Below are positions 1 to 9,270 of a DNA stretch of 25,581 nucleotides, in pieces; position 1 is the stretch's first letter; each line of letters starts with the position of its first letter. Both the position numbers and the translations under genes were made by a program. The DNA comes from a virus (taxonomy: Duplodnaviria > Caudoviricetes): IMG/VR virus record IMGVR_UViG_3300035548_000644, positions 1 to 25,581 of that record; one strand, given 5' to 3'. The notes under the pieces were generated by a model, which searched no databases, had not been told where the DNA came from, and was given only the letters and a program-made list of their open reading frames with translations.

Positions 1-441
1 AGCTGCAACAGGAAGAGTGGTACCTGGTGCGATACTAATACTACGATCAGAACATATTCTTTGCATGGCGGCAGAAACGGTTGTATCGATCAAAGCTATT
101 TCCGTCTCGGCTCTTGCTTTCAGCAATTGCGTGTGGTCTTTTATCTTTATGGTAAACGATTCTATTGGGAACGGATTGCCAACATCTTTCCAACTGGTAT
201 CGACGTTGATTATTCCTGTAAAACACGTAGCAGAACCATCTTTTATGACGGCTTTAATGGTTTCGTTTCCTACTATCCAAGATAGTAGTTCATTTGAATA
301 ATTCAAATCTATAGAAGCAGATTGCTCTTCATGTTGCAAAGCAGTATTACATACCGGTCGTGTTATCGTTAGAGATCGAGGATAGATGATCAGTGTTTCG
401 TCACTGGAATTTGTTAAAACCAGACTGATATCTGTTGTCAT
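1..441 (-). CDS. Tail-tip/hub-like protein, N-terminal part (runs off window edge; missing from ORF track)
   Basis: ATG at 441-439, 6 nt after the TMP stop; open to base 1 (MTTDISLVLTNSSDETLIIYPRSLTITRPVCN...FTGIINVDTSW...); function from position only. Confidence 0.7.
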   Translation of the reverse strand, partial: MTTDISLVLTNSSDETLIIYPRSLTITRPVCNTALQHEEQSASIDLNYSNELLSWIVGNETIKAVIKDGSATCFTGIINVDTSWKDVGNPFPIESFTIKIKDHTQLLKARAETEIALIDTTVSAAMQRICSDRSISIAPGTTLPVAA

Positions 442-447
442 TTACGC

Positions 448-3400
448 TTATCCCAGCATCGGCGACAAGCGGCCATCTTCGATTCCATCGTTGATACCAT
501 TGTAGATCACGTCAACAAGCTCCCTCTCAGTCAGAACAGAACCCTCTATGTTGATATTCGGACTTATATAATAGATATTACTTCCACCACCATTTTTTGA
601 ACCGCCACCAGAGAGCGTCAATTGTCCCGAGCGAATGCCTTGAGCAAAGGTGGCTGGTATGATCGTTTCTCCTTTATGGACCTTGGCATACATGTCTTTG
701 GGGATTTCTGGAGTACCAACATCAAACCACCCAGTAGCCCAATCCCAGACGTCTGATGCTGTATCTTTTACCCAATCCCATGCGTTACCAGCTGCATCGA
801 TCGCCCCACCACCAATATTACCAAGGAAACCAAATATCCTTTCAATCCATCCTGCTATAGTATCCAGAACATTGAACAAGCTTGACGAAAGGAAATCATA
901 TGTAGCTGATTCAACAGCCGATGTTGTTCCGGTATGCTCTTCGATCGCAGTCAGAGCATCGGCCATGGCTTGTTCAATATCGTATATTTCCGCATCGGCT
1001 GCAGCCTGATAGGCTTCTGCCTGATCATTGTATTGAGATCTCGTAATAAGACCTAATTCATACTGGCTCTGTAAGCTGCTAATTTGGCTGTCCAGCAGAT
1101 CATTGGCGCGGTCAATTTGTCGCTGATATTTATTGGTAATCTCGTCGGTCAGTTTTTCTATTGCTTCTGCCTGTTCTTCTGCAGCTTCTCCAACCAAACT
1201 CAACTTGTCGAGCTTGTCGATATCGACAAAGGGGATCAGATTGATAACATCGATTATTCCGTTAACCACATCAATAATGGTGTTTCCAACAGGGACGATA
1301 ACAGAGTTGTTCAGCCATTCATACACTGATCCTACCGCTTTTAAGATTGCACCGAGTACCTTTAGGGTAATCTGCAGTGGAATAAGAGCAATTTGAATCT
1401 TATTCAATATCGGCATAATAATATAACCGATTGTCTGTCCAAGCAGTTCTAAGAAATCAACAAGGGGTTGAAGTATTGTACTGATTGCCGGCTCTATCAC
1501 ACCGAACATTGCATCAACAATGGTCTGTGCAAAATTCAGCACCTTATTGACGTTTTCGATTTGTGTTACGGCATCGGCTATGGCATCAATAAAGGCAGTT
1601 ATTGGATTACCACCTGATAGAATCTGCCCTATATCCGTTCCTGCCGCCGCAAGCTGTGCGGTTCCGGATGCATAACTGCCAATATCCTGCAGCGAGAAAT
1701 TTCCGGAATCTATATTATGACGGGCCAAGGCTGTCTGGTATTCTGCCTCTTCTTTGTATTTGCGCATACGTTCCTGGCTTTCATTGATGATGCGCTTGCG
1801 TTCTTCTTCTGCTGCCTTATTGCGGTAATATTCCTCTAATGCGGCTTTCTCTTCGATGTACTTCTTTTGTATGGCAAAATTATCACCATAGATTTCCCTG
1901 GCTTTTTCGTTTAACTTGGTAAGACTTCTGGCCTGTTCTGCTGCTATGGAATTTGCTCCTTCTTTTACCTTCTCAACCCATTCCCCAATAAATTCAGGAT
2001 CAGCGTTCTTTGCATTAAAATCGTCCAAGGCTTGCTGAGCATAGGCAATAATTGCCTCTGTCTTTTCCTTATTGAGGCCCCAGACAGATCCATCTTCTTC
2101 TGTAATGGTTGCTGTTCTAAGCGATAGTGCCCATTCGAGCTGTTTCTTTAGGGCTTCTTCCTGTCCTTCATTTGTCTTTGCGTAGATTTTATCTCGTGCT
2201 GCAAGCAGCTCATTTCCTTCTTTGATCTTCTCGTTCAGTTCCCGCAGATTTATTTCCTTCGACAGGGTAGCAATACCGACCTGCAGTTCCTGGACACGTT
2301 TCTCGGCCTCAGCGGTTTTATCTGCCAGATCCTTCGCTTCTGATGCGTATTGAGATAAAGTACTTTCCTGCCCGGAATTCTCGATCCTAAAAACAGACGG
2401 GGCCATAGTATTGTATGGTGTTTCTGCAACAGATTGACTCTGTAGATTTTCCAGTTCTTCCTGGGCATCTTCGAGATCAGATTTCATGAGATCGAGCTGG
2501 AGCTTTAGCCCTGTTGTCTCTATGTCGGCAAGAGCTTCGTTATATCCATCGACAGATTCTTTCAGCGTATCATAGGCATCAGCAAGGTTATCGACAGATT
2601 CCTGATGACGTTTATTCTCAAGGGCGGCATCGGCGGCGGTATCCGCCGCCTTTTGCTGGGAAGCTGCATATGCCACAGCTGCCACAGTGGCTGCAGTTGC
2701 CGCAGCAATTCCGGCAAGGAGTAGCGGGTTTGTAACGGCAAGAGATGCGTTGAGTGCATTATGAGCGGCAACACTTGCCCAGGTTTTAATGGCAAGAAAG
2801 GCCTGCTTTACGGCCAGGGCCGACAGGTATCCTGTTATGGCTACCAGAGCACCTGCAAGGATTCCTCTTGCTAAGGGGCTATCGTTGATGGCATTAATCA
2901 GGTCAGTGAATACGGTTATCACGGCCTTTACCGCTGGCATAAGTGTATCGCCAAAACTTGCGGCAAGGCTTGCGACAGATTCTCTCAAACCGTCCTGCAT
3001 TGCACTCAGTGACTGGGCGCCAAGTTCCATACCGCCGTAATATCTGCCGCCTTCTGCAGTAAGATCGGCAAGGGCGTTCTGAAAATCCTTGAAACTGATC
3101 TTACCCGTACTTGCCATCTTGATAATTTCAGCGGTTGTCGTATCGTAAGCAGCAGCCAGGGCATCCAGTACCGGTACCCCCTGATCGAGATAGACATTGA
3201 GGACTTCCATATCGACAGCGCCCTTAGCCGCCCCCTTACTGTATGCGTTTATGAAGGAGGTGAACTTCTGGGCTTGCCCCTGGGAAAGGTCTCCAAACAT
3301 GGTAAGCTTGTCAGTGATATCATCGAGGGGAGTCTTGGCTGCAAGTAAGACTGCTGTTGCCTGTTTTGTTGTGGATAGGTCGAAAGGCGTCCACTTATTG

Positions 3401-3975
3401 AATTGCTGAATTTCATTGAATAGGCCTCGTCCAGCTTCCATATCCTGTAAGAGGATCCCAAGTTCTCCACGGGCCACCGCAAATGTGTCAGATTGTTTGA
3501 GAGCATATCCTGATAGATCTTTCGCAACGTCAAGGGCTTTCAGGGCCGCCATGGCTGCTGTCGTACTGGTTATAGCATTCTTCAGATTGCCGAAGGATGT
3601 AATGCTTTGACCGTTTGCCTCATCAAGTTTGTCTGCTTCACTGCCAAGCTTTTTATATTCCTTGACAAGGTTCTGCACTTCATTTGATTCCGGTCGGAAA
3701 CCTCGATCCGTAAGATCGAGAGCGGCTGATTTTAGCTGTTGCTGAAGATTTCGAAGCTCGGCGCTATTGGCTCCAAAAAGTTTAAAACTCGAAGCGACCT
3801 TTGTTGCCTGATTTTGTAAGCTGGCAAATGTCTGTTTGTTTTTTTCCGTATCACCAGACAGTTGTTTTGCTTTCGCGGCGAGATCTTTAAACTGAGACGA
3901 GAGAGAGGAAACAGCTTTTGCTGCATTTTCTGCCGCCACTTTAATCTGCAGCTCAAGTGTTTTTTTATCTGCCAT
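448..3975 (-). CDS. Tail tape measure protein
   Basis: 1175 aa, Ala-rich and helical; tape-measure N-domain (TPFDL...FGDLSQG...AYSK); C-terminal FDVGT...VHKGETIIP motif; follows tail chaperones. Confidence 0.93.
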   Translation of the reverse strand: MADKKTLELQIKVAAENAAKAVSSLSSQFKDLAAKAKQLSGDTEKNKQTFASLQNQATKVASSFKLFGANSAELRNLQQQLKSAALDLTDRGFRPESNEVQNLVKEYKKLGSEADKLDEANGQSITSFGNLKNAITSTTAAMAALKALDVAKDLSGYALKQSDTFAVARGELGILLQDMEAGRGLFNEIQQFNKWTPFDLSTTKQATAVLLAAKTPLDDITDKLTMFGDLSQGQAQKFTSFINAYSKGAAKGAVDMEVLNVYLDQGVPVLDALAAAYDTTTAEIIKMASTGKISFKDFQNALADLTAEGGRYYGGMELGAQSLSAMQDGLRESVASLAASFGDTLMPAVKAVITVFTDLINAINDSPLARGILAGALVAITGYLSALAVKQAFLAIKTWASVAAHNALNASLAVTNPLLLAGIAAATAATVAAVAYAASQQKAADTAADAALENKRHQESVDNLADAYDTLKESVDGYNEALADIETTGLKLQLDLMKSDLEDAQEELENLQSQSVAETPYNTMAPSVFRIENSGQESTLSQYASEAKDLADKTAEAEKRVQELQVGIATLSKEINLRELNEKIKEGNELLAARDKIYAKTNEGQEEALKKQLEWALSLRTATITEEDGSVWGLNKEKTEAIIAYAQQALDDFNAKNADPEFIGEWVEKVKEGANSIAAEQARSLTKLNEKAREIYGDNFAIQKKYIEEKAALEEYYRNKAAEEERKRIINESQERMRKYKEEAEYQTALARHNIDSGNFSLQDIGSYASGTAQLAAAGTDIGQILSGGNPITAFIDAIADAVTQIENVNKVLNFAQTIVDAMFGVIEPAISTILQPLVDFLELLGQTIGYIIMPILNKIQIALIPLQITLKVLGAILKAVGSVYEWLNNSVIVPVGNTIIDVVNGIIDVINLIPFVDIDKLDKLSLVGEAAEEQAEAIEKLTDEITNKYQRQIDRANDLLDSQISSLQSQYELGLITRSQYNDQAEAYQAAADAEIYDIEQAMADALTAIEEHTGTTSAVESATYDFLSSSLFNVLDTIAGWIERIFGFLGNIGGGAIDAAGNAWDWVKDTASDVWDWATGWFDVGTPEIPKDMYAKVHKGETIIPATFAQGIRSGQLTLSGGGSKNGGGSNIYYISPNINIEGSVLTERELVDVIYNGINDGIEDGRLSPMLG

Positions 3976-3997
3976 GAAAAGCCAGCCTCCAACCGCA

Positions 3998-4038
3998 ATG
4001 GTATGTCAAGGCTGCCTGTCTCTCTCCAATTCAGGCAC
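3998..4038 (-). promoter_or_regulatory. Putative late promoter for TMP operon
   Basis: GTGCCTGAATTGGAG (4038-4024), 20 nt, TACCAT (4003-3998); same architecture at 9868-9908 and 18431-18470. Confidence 0.65.
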
Positions 4039-4053
4039 AAACGCATACGGCAT

Positions 4054-4082
4054 AAAAAAGCCCTGTAGTGATTCCACAGGGC
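4054..4082 (-). terminator. Intrinsic terminator after tail chaperone genes
   Basis: GCCCTGTGG-AATCA-CTACAGGGC followed by TTTTTT on the minus strand. Confidence 0.8.
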
Positions 4083-4090
4083 CAACATCA

Positions 4091-4426
4091 TCAGTGATCA
4101 TGTTTTTTTTGCTTTTCTTCAAGCCGTTCTTTTTCCCACTGATTTTGTTCTTCTTTCAATATGGTCAATGCTCTTGTTACCCAATAGGGCCAGTCTATCC
4201 AGCCTCCTTCATACGGGTACCGTTCGAGCACCGAGGACGTGTGATAGACATACAGGCAGGTGTAAAACTCTTCGGTAAGATATGACGGTGCGTCTTTAAG
4301 TAGTATTGCAATGTCGTATCCGTTATCATCCTTAACTCCTGTAATCCATCGCTTTGTTGCACGCTTGCTTTTCCTTATGCGCGCCTTATGCTTTTCGCAC
4401 TTTACAATACGAAAAGCTATTCGAAG
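4091..4426 (-). CDS. Tail assembly chaperone C-terminal extension (gpGT-like, -1 frameshift product)
   Basis: 111 open codons in the -1 frame from the slippery site (LRIAFRIVKC...PYEGGWIDWPYWV...KKHDH*); no ATG of its own. Confidence 0.85.
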   Translation of the reverse strand, partial: LRIAFRIVKCEKHKARIRKSKRATKRWITGVKDDNGYDIAILLKDAPSYLTEEFYTCLYVYHTSSVLERYPYEGGWIDWPYWVTRALTILKEEQNQWEKERLEEKQKKHDH

Positions 4427-4432
4427 TTTTTT
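4390..4432 (-). other. Programmed -1 ribosomal frameshift signal
   Basis: A-AAA-AAC heptamer (4432-4426), 8-nt spacer, hairpin GCTTTTCGTATT...AGTGCGAAAAGC (4417-4390). Confidence 0.85.
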
Positions 4433-4818
4433 TCGTCTACATCCTGTTCAAGGAGTTTCTTACACTTTTTGACAATATCTGCTTTAAGGCCACGAAATTG
4501 TACAGGGGCCGCAAGTAATTCTTTCGCATTCTGCACTTGCACCTCTGTTCCCGCTCCATCATCGTATGAACAGTTGGTAAGAGAGATCAGCATATCGCGG
4601 ATGATTAAATCATCATTCATTTCGATACCGATCTCCATGTGGTCGATGTTTCCCGATACGTCACTGATGGCTTTTGCCGAGGTCCGTGCTTCCAGTTTCT
4701 CCTTCATTGCCAGGGTCGGATTCCTTAGCTTTGCCACAATCTGTTCGCTCGGAGAAATTTCTTTGTTGTCTCTCCAGGCGGGAATATAGATCACTTCTTT
4801 TGCTATCGTCAGCTTCAT
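4417..4818 (-). CDS. Tail assembly chaperone (gpG-like)
   Basis: 133 aa between tail tube and TMP; GGAGG RBS; ends at slippery sequence. Confidence 0.85.
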   Translation of the reverse strand: MKLTIAKEVIYIPAWRDNKEISPSEQIVAKLRNPTLAMKEKLEARTSAKAISDVSGNIDHMEIGIEMNDDLIIRDMLISLTNCSYDDGAGTEVQVQNAKELLAAPVQFRGLKADIVKKCKKLLEQDVDEKNFE

Positions 4819-4826
4819 ACATCCTC

Positions 4827-5531
4827 CTACGCTGCCGGTATCTCGACCGAATAAAATACGGGATCGTTACCGGTCAGACTAAACTCGGAATTATATGACT
4901 GAGCACTGCCGGTATTGCCTCCCAGGGTGGTGTTTGCCATATTTATTTCGGCAAACATATAATCTTCAAACTCTCCGGGGACTGATCCTTTTCGAACATA
5001 TCCAAGGAGATACAACGAGCTTCCGTCGGGAACATGCACGGTGACGGTACTGCCGCTACGGGTAAACAGCTTCATGGTACGGCCGACGGCTCCGGTTTCC
5101 TGATCGGTAATTCCCATGGTGAAGATAGATGAAATCGTTCCGCTTCCATCCTTCTTTCCGTAGCGGTATTTCTTGAACGAATGTTTGAGCAGCGATGTTT
5201 CGATCTTATCCTGACTGATAGAAAACGACCAACCTGATGCATCACCTACCTGAGTAAGATTGATCTTTTTTGCCTTATCGCCTATAGCGAGCACCTCAGC
5301 ACCGAGGGATGGGTACATATCCCCGAGTGTAAGGCCGTCGGGAAAGATACTGCCACTTTCGGCCTTGGCAGTGATGACGAAAAAACCAGCTCCTGACTTA
5401 TCACCTGCTGTTCCACCGGCAAGCTCGTCAAGGCTTTGAGTTCCGTCACCGACCATTTCTGTATCGGATATGGCACCGGTGTAGATATCACAATCATCAC
5501 CGATCAGTGTCAGTTCATTGGGTGTGGCCAT
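4827..5531 (-). CDS. Major tail (tube) protein
   Basis: 234 aa, Gly/Thr-rich; 'GWSFSISQDKIETS...YRYGKKDGSGTIS' resembles siphovirus tube proteins; synteny. Confidence 0.8.
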   Translation of the reverse strand: MATPNELTLIGDDCDIYTGAISDTEMVGDGTQSLDELAGGTAGDKSGAGFFVITAKAESGSIFPDGLTLGDMYPSLGAEVLAIGDKAKKINLTQVGDASGWSFSISQDKIETSLLKHSFKKYRYGKKDGSGTISSIFTMGITDQETGAVGRTMKLFTRSGSTVTVHVPDGSSLYLLGYVRKGSVPGEFEDYMFAEINMANTTLGGNTGSAQSYNSEFSLTGNDPVFYSVEIPAA

Positions 5532-5534
5532 ACA

Positions 5535-5678
5535 TTAGTCCTCCTTCTTTGTACTGCCGGAGGCAGTGGTAGTTGATACGCTTTTCTTAGCGCCTGATTC
5601 GTCAGCTTTACCAGCCACAGGTTTACGGGAAAGTTTTCCTTTCCCATCTTTCACATACTCAGTTGTATAGGTCGGCAT
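5535..5678 (-). CDS. Small basic hypothetical protein (47 aa; below ORF-track cut-off)
   Basis: MPTYTTEYVKDGKGKLSRKPVAGKADESGAKK...KKED*; AAAGGAG RBS; fills the operon gap. Confidence 0.7.
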   Translation of the reverse strand: MPTYTTEYVKDGKGKLSRKPVAGKADESGAKKSVSTTTASGSTKKED

Positions 5679-5689
5679 ATCGTCTCCTT

Positions 5690-6148
5690 TCATCCCTCAT
5701 TCGGGATGGTAATCACCAGTGTTCTAACATCTTCGACGTCTTGTACGGAGGTCGAATCGACAGCATCGAGGAAAGAATCTTCCGGACTAACTGTCTGGAC
5801 AATACGAGTGTTGGGGATTGGCGTTCCATCATCATCATTACGCTCGAGCCTGATAGATCTGTCGTCAAGATAGTCGTCCAGCTGATCGATGAGGCTGAGC
5901 GCCATTTCGAGGCCTCGAGGGCTTTCCGCTGATCCTTTAACAGCAAGCCTGACGCGGAGCATCCTCGATGGTTTCGCCCCCATATTTGGGGTCTGCTGCT
6001 TATAGGTTTTCAGTATGGCAACCTGCATATGAACGCCTTTGCCGGAGAATGATGACGGCGCCATGACTATTCTCGTGGCAAAATCATCACCGGTAATATG
6101 GCGTTTTAATTGATGATAAACGAGTGTAAAAGCCTCATAAGAGTTCAT
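5690..6148 (-). CDS. Putative tail terminator/neck protein
   Basis: Position between morphogenesis and tube genes; likely start ATG 6148 after GAGG. Confidence 0.6.
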   Translation of the reverse strand: MNSYEAFTLVYHQLKRHITGDDFATRIVMAPSSFSGKGVHMQVAILKTYKQQTPNMGAKPSRMLRVRLAVKGSAESPRGLEMALSLIDQLDDYLDDRSIRLERNDDDGTPIPNTRIVQTVSPEDSFLDAVDSTSVQDVEDVRTLVITIPNEG

Positions 6149-6713
6149 TTGGAAGCACCTCATCGATAAGCTGGTTCTGTTCGGATTCGGTCAAAAAGAA
6201 GAACTCCCGCTTTGGTATTACTACCGATTTTTTCAGGTAATAGATGACGATAGATTTTCTCCTTTTCCCTTTCCCTCTGCTGTAGCATACTGTTCGACCG
6301 ATGCGGAATATTTTATGTCCACTATCTTTCAGTCCCCGGCATACGTCTGACGGCGTTGGCCCATATCTTCGTTCAAGCTGTCGTGTCCCGGAGGCCGGGA
6401 TCCAAAGCCATTGCTTTTTCGCCCGTATTATGGCCCCATTGTTATGCACCGGTGCATATTTCTTTGTCGTTCCAACGCTCACCGTATCGGGACGTATAAC
6501 CTCGCTGGTAATTGATCCCAAGAGACTCATGGTATCCTGCAAGGGTTTCCCCTGGCCACGGTATGACACTGTTGCTGCAGATAACGGATCAAAGCCGTCA
6601 CCGGTATAAATATGGTTCTGGATAAAGCCGGAGGCCATTTCACCGATAATGGAAAGCTTTTCCGGCTTGCGTAAATCCTTTGCTATGGCGTCTAAGGTAT
6701 CCTGCGGCCCCAT
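6135..6713 (-). CDS. Virion morphogenesis protein (Mu gpG / tail completion family)
   Basis: Motifs PLSAAT, KPLQDT.SLLGSI, VGTTKKYAPVHNNG, IPKREF. Confidence 0.88.
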   Translation of the reverse strand: MGPQDTLDAIAKDLRKPEKLSIIGEMASGFIQNHIYTGDGFDPLSAATVSYRGQGKPLQDTMSLLGSITSEVIRPDTVSVGTTKKYAPVHNNGAIIRAKKQWLWIPASGTRQLERRYGPTPSDVCRGLKDSGHKIFRIGRTVCYSRGKGKRRKSIVIYYLKKSVVIPKREFFFLTESEQNQLIDEVLPNELL

Positions 6714-7186
6714 GGTCTCCCCGCATCGACATCGAGAGCATTGGTATAATCTCGTCGTTTTCTGGGGCGTGCAACGGCGGCTGTCTGTACCGGGACTTCT
6801 CCCGAGGCATCAGTATCTTTGTAGTTTCCCCAGGTGACGAGGATGATATCTTTTGCTCTGGTCCGATACTCACGGCCAGCCTCTTCATGGCCGTGAGCCA
6901 TATGCATTTCGTAGATAGTGTTCAGGATGACCAACTCTCGGATGACGCGATTATCAAGATCGAAGGTCACACCGAAATTCCGCAAGATTGATCCGACATA
7001 CACCTGAGCGGATGTTATTCTTTGAGATACAGTGACATCATCTCCATCGGAGAGCTGATCATAGAGGTTATCCTCTAGTCGGTCTGCAATATCTGCTGCA
7101 CCAACAGGCGTCCCGTATGGGGAGTTCTCGGTATCTTGATTCGTCACTACAGGACGTATGTCATCAATCCCGCATTCGTCGATCAT
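6692..7186 (-). CDS. Head-tail connector (Mu gp36/DUF1320-like)
   Basis: 164 aa directly after the capsid gene; 'LYDQLSDGDD..V..RI..A' pattern. Confidence 0.65.
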   Translation of the reverse strand: MIDECGIDDIRPVVTNQDTENSPYGTPVGAADIADRLEDNLYDQLSDGDDVTVSQRITSAQVYVGSILRNFGVTFDLDNRVIRELVILNTIYEMHMAHGHEEAGREYRTRAKDIILVTWGNYKDTDASGEVPVQTAAVARPRKRRDYTNALDVDAGRPWGRRIP

Positions 7187-7199
7187 CCCTACACCTCTT

Positions 7200-8192
7200 C
7201 TACGACGTCTTGACCACCGATCTGGTCATATAGCTCATGGCAGTGGCCGGGAGGGGTTTTGACTCGGCGATGAACTTAATACCAGAGGGATCGTCGACAT
7301 TCACCGGCTTTACAAAAAACGGTAGTGGTGCCAGCTTGGAATCGAGATCGTCAAGGGCCGCATAGAACAACATCCCCGGACGGGTGAGATCGATCGTCTG
7401 GACGGCATCTGCAGGGATAACCGGCACGTCCTTGTTTGTTCCGGGCAGTACATAACTGTACGGCATAGAGAGAATTTCCCACTTACCAAACAGCTTGCAT
7501 CCGGTGTCGGTCCAGACAACAGGAGCGGTACTGCCTGCCGCAACGACAATGGCAACGATTTTATTGAAGACATTCTCTCCAACCATAAACGCCACCTGAC
7601 CGGCTGCTCCGGTTGCCACCTGTTTTTGATACAATCCAGCAAGCCACTTCTGCAGTCCTGCCAGATCAGCATTTGCAATGTTGGTACCGCCCGCATCTTT
7701 GATAGAGCCAAGCTTTACCTCGTAGGTTCCGCTGGCCTCGGTCCCGTTGAACAGGGGATAGGCAATCTTTCCGCTCAGGCTCTGGCGGACCAGGAGCTCT
7801 GTCGTGTTTGATACCACATCACGCAGCTGCTCTTCTTTTTCCAGAAGATATGCCTGCAAACTTTCGGTATCTCCAAGTGCAATGATGTCGTTGATATCCT
7901 TCCCTGTCGAGAATATGCTGGGGTTGATCGGTGCTACTTCGATGAGATTTTTCGCGTTGGTAGCTCCATCAACGGGATACGATCTCGATCCCCGCTGACT
8001 TACAGGGATAGCACCGGTCTGTGCCATAATCTCATCAATAAACAAATAGGGGCTTGTCTTCTGACGCTGCCGGGCAGCAGGAAAAAGCAAATCCTTGACC
8101 GGCGTTACCGGCTTTGGCATGGTACTAACCATGTCGGCCTGTGCCTTACGGGTAAAGTAAGGGCTCAATTTACCTGATAGCTTAATAGGCAT
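7200..8192 (-). CDS. Major capsid protein (lambda gpE-like family)
   Basis: 330 aa; 'TTELLVRQSLSGKI', 'DDPSG...IAESKPLP' motifs; synteny. Confidence 0.9.
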   Translation of the reverse strand: MPIKLSGKLSPYFTRKAQADMVSTMPKPVTPVKDLLFPAARQRQKTSPYLFIDEIMAQTGAIPVSQRGSRSYPVDGATNAKNLIEVAPINPSIFSTGKDINDIIALGDTESLQAYLLEKEEQLRDVVSNTTELLVRQSLSGKIAYPLFNGTEASGTYEVKLGSIKDAGGTNIANADLAGLQKWLAGLYQKQVATGAAGQVAFMVGENVFNKIVAIVVAAGSTAPVVWTDTGCKLFGKWEILSMPYSYVLPGTNKDVPVIPADAVQTIDLTRPGMLFYAALDDLDSKLAPLPFFVKPVNVDDPSGIKFIAESKPLPATAMSYMTRSVVKTS

Positions 8193-8205
8193 TTGGTACT
8201 CCTTT

Positions 8206-8865
8206 CTACGAAATGGTTACGGTAGCGGCCGACGAGGCCCTTGTTGCTGTTGAAACACCCAGGGTGTTGGTTGCCACACAGTAGTAATAGGACGTTCCTG
8301 TGGTATCCGTCGGGGGACTGTAGATCGCCTCTGTTGCTCCGGAGATAGCATCTCCGCCACTGTTTGACGCTTCGGTGTTTGAATACCACTGATAGGTCAC
8401 ATCGCCCCCATCGTTTACCTTAACTCCGAAGGCAAGCTCTATGTCTTCGCCTGCGGCAGCAGAGGCATCCGCAATGTCAGATACGATAACAGGGGCCTGG
8501 GCCGCCTTCGCAACAGCACCGAGCACATAGATGCCTTTATCCCTCAAGGCTTCTACCAAAGCAGCCGTAGCAGCAGCCTTGTCTGCAAACATCACTTTAT
8601 CTCCCCTTGCCGCACCATGTACGGCCGCAAGGGCAAAAGCTCCCGATGTCGGTCCTTCGATATCCACCAAGAGGATTGCCGCAGGAACTTCGGTTGTGTA
8701 CGTGCTGGGTACTGGGGTATAGGTTCCCTCTGATGTTTTGTACAAGGCCATTCCCGCCAGAAGGCCCGATAGGCCATCGGTGAGAGGAAGGCTCGTTATG
8801 ATGTGGTGGTCTCCATGCAGGATCGACTGCTGTTTGGATTTCAATGTTCCGATAACTGCATCCAT
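8206..8865 (-). CDS. Head decoration/cement protein with C-terminal Ig-like domain
   Basis: Decoration-like N-domain (AAILL...AVHG...LRDKGIY) plus 'VTYQWY...GAT..Y.P...YYYCVATN' Ig signature. Confidence 0.8.
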   Translation of the reverse strand: MDAVIGTLKSKQQSILHGDHHIITSLPLTDGLSGLLAGMALYKTSEGTYTPVPSTYTTEVPAAILLVDIEGPTSGAFALAAVHGAARGDKVMFADKAAATAALVEALRDKGIYVLGAVAKAAQAPVIVSDIADASAAAGEDIELAFGVKVNDGGDVTYQWYSNTEASNSGGDAISGATEAIYSPPTDTTGTSYYYCVATNTLGVSTATRASSAATVTIS

Positions 8866-8880
8866 TGATTACTCCTTCAT

Positions 8881-9270
8881 TTACATGTTTTCGCGCATCC
8901 GGGCCGAATCACTTTTTTCCTGGATGACTATCGGGGATGCATCGGGATCACTCAGATTCATCATCCCAGGCTTGACAGGAAGCTTCATGCTGGAAAAGAC
9001 CTCCGTCAGTATCGAGATGGGGTTTACGCTTCGCTTTGCATCACCATCCGATAATTCGATCTTTTTTCCCTGATCAAAGCTATCGGCAAGGGCAAGGATT
9101 TTTGCCTGATCTCCTTCGGTAAACTTTCCAGCCATGGCTTTTTTTAACGCCTCTTTTCCTGCTTTTTTACGATCGGAAAACTCATCGGATAGGAGCTTGT
9201 CCTTCGCTTCTACATCGGTTTTTAGCCGCACATTTTCTTCCTGCAAGGCCTTGATTTCTTCGTCTGTCAT
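8881..9270 (-). CDS. Nested in-frame scaffolding protein (Mu gpZ-like)
   Basis: Internal ATG 9270 (MTDEEIKALQEEN) preceded by AAGGAGAGG RBS, as in Mu I/Z. Confidence 0.7.
   Translation of the reverse strand: MTDEEIKALQEENVRLKTDVEAKDKLLSDEFSDRKKAGKEALKKAMAGKFTEGDQAKILALADSFDQGKKIELSDGDAKRSVNPISILTEVFSSMKLPVKPGMMNLSDPDASPIVIQEKSDSARMRENM

Noticed and set aside
4004-4009. TTGACA upstream of TMP as a -35 box
   Set aside because: It abuts the TACCAT box directly and has no -10 at 16-18 nt spacing
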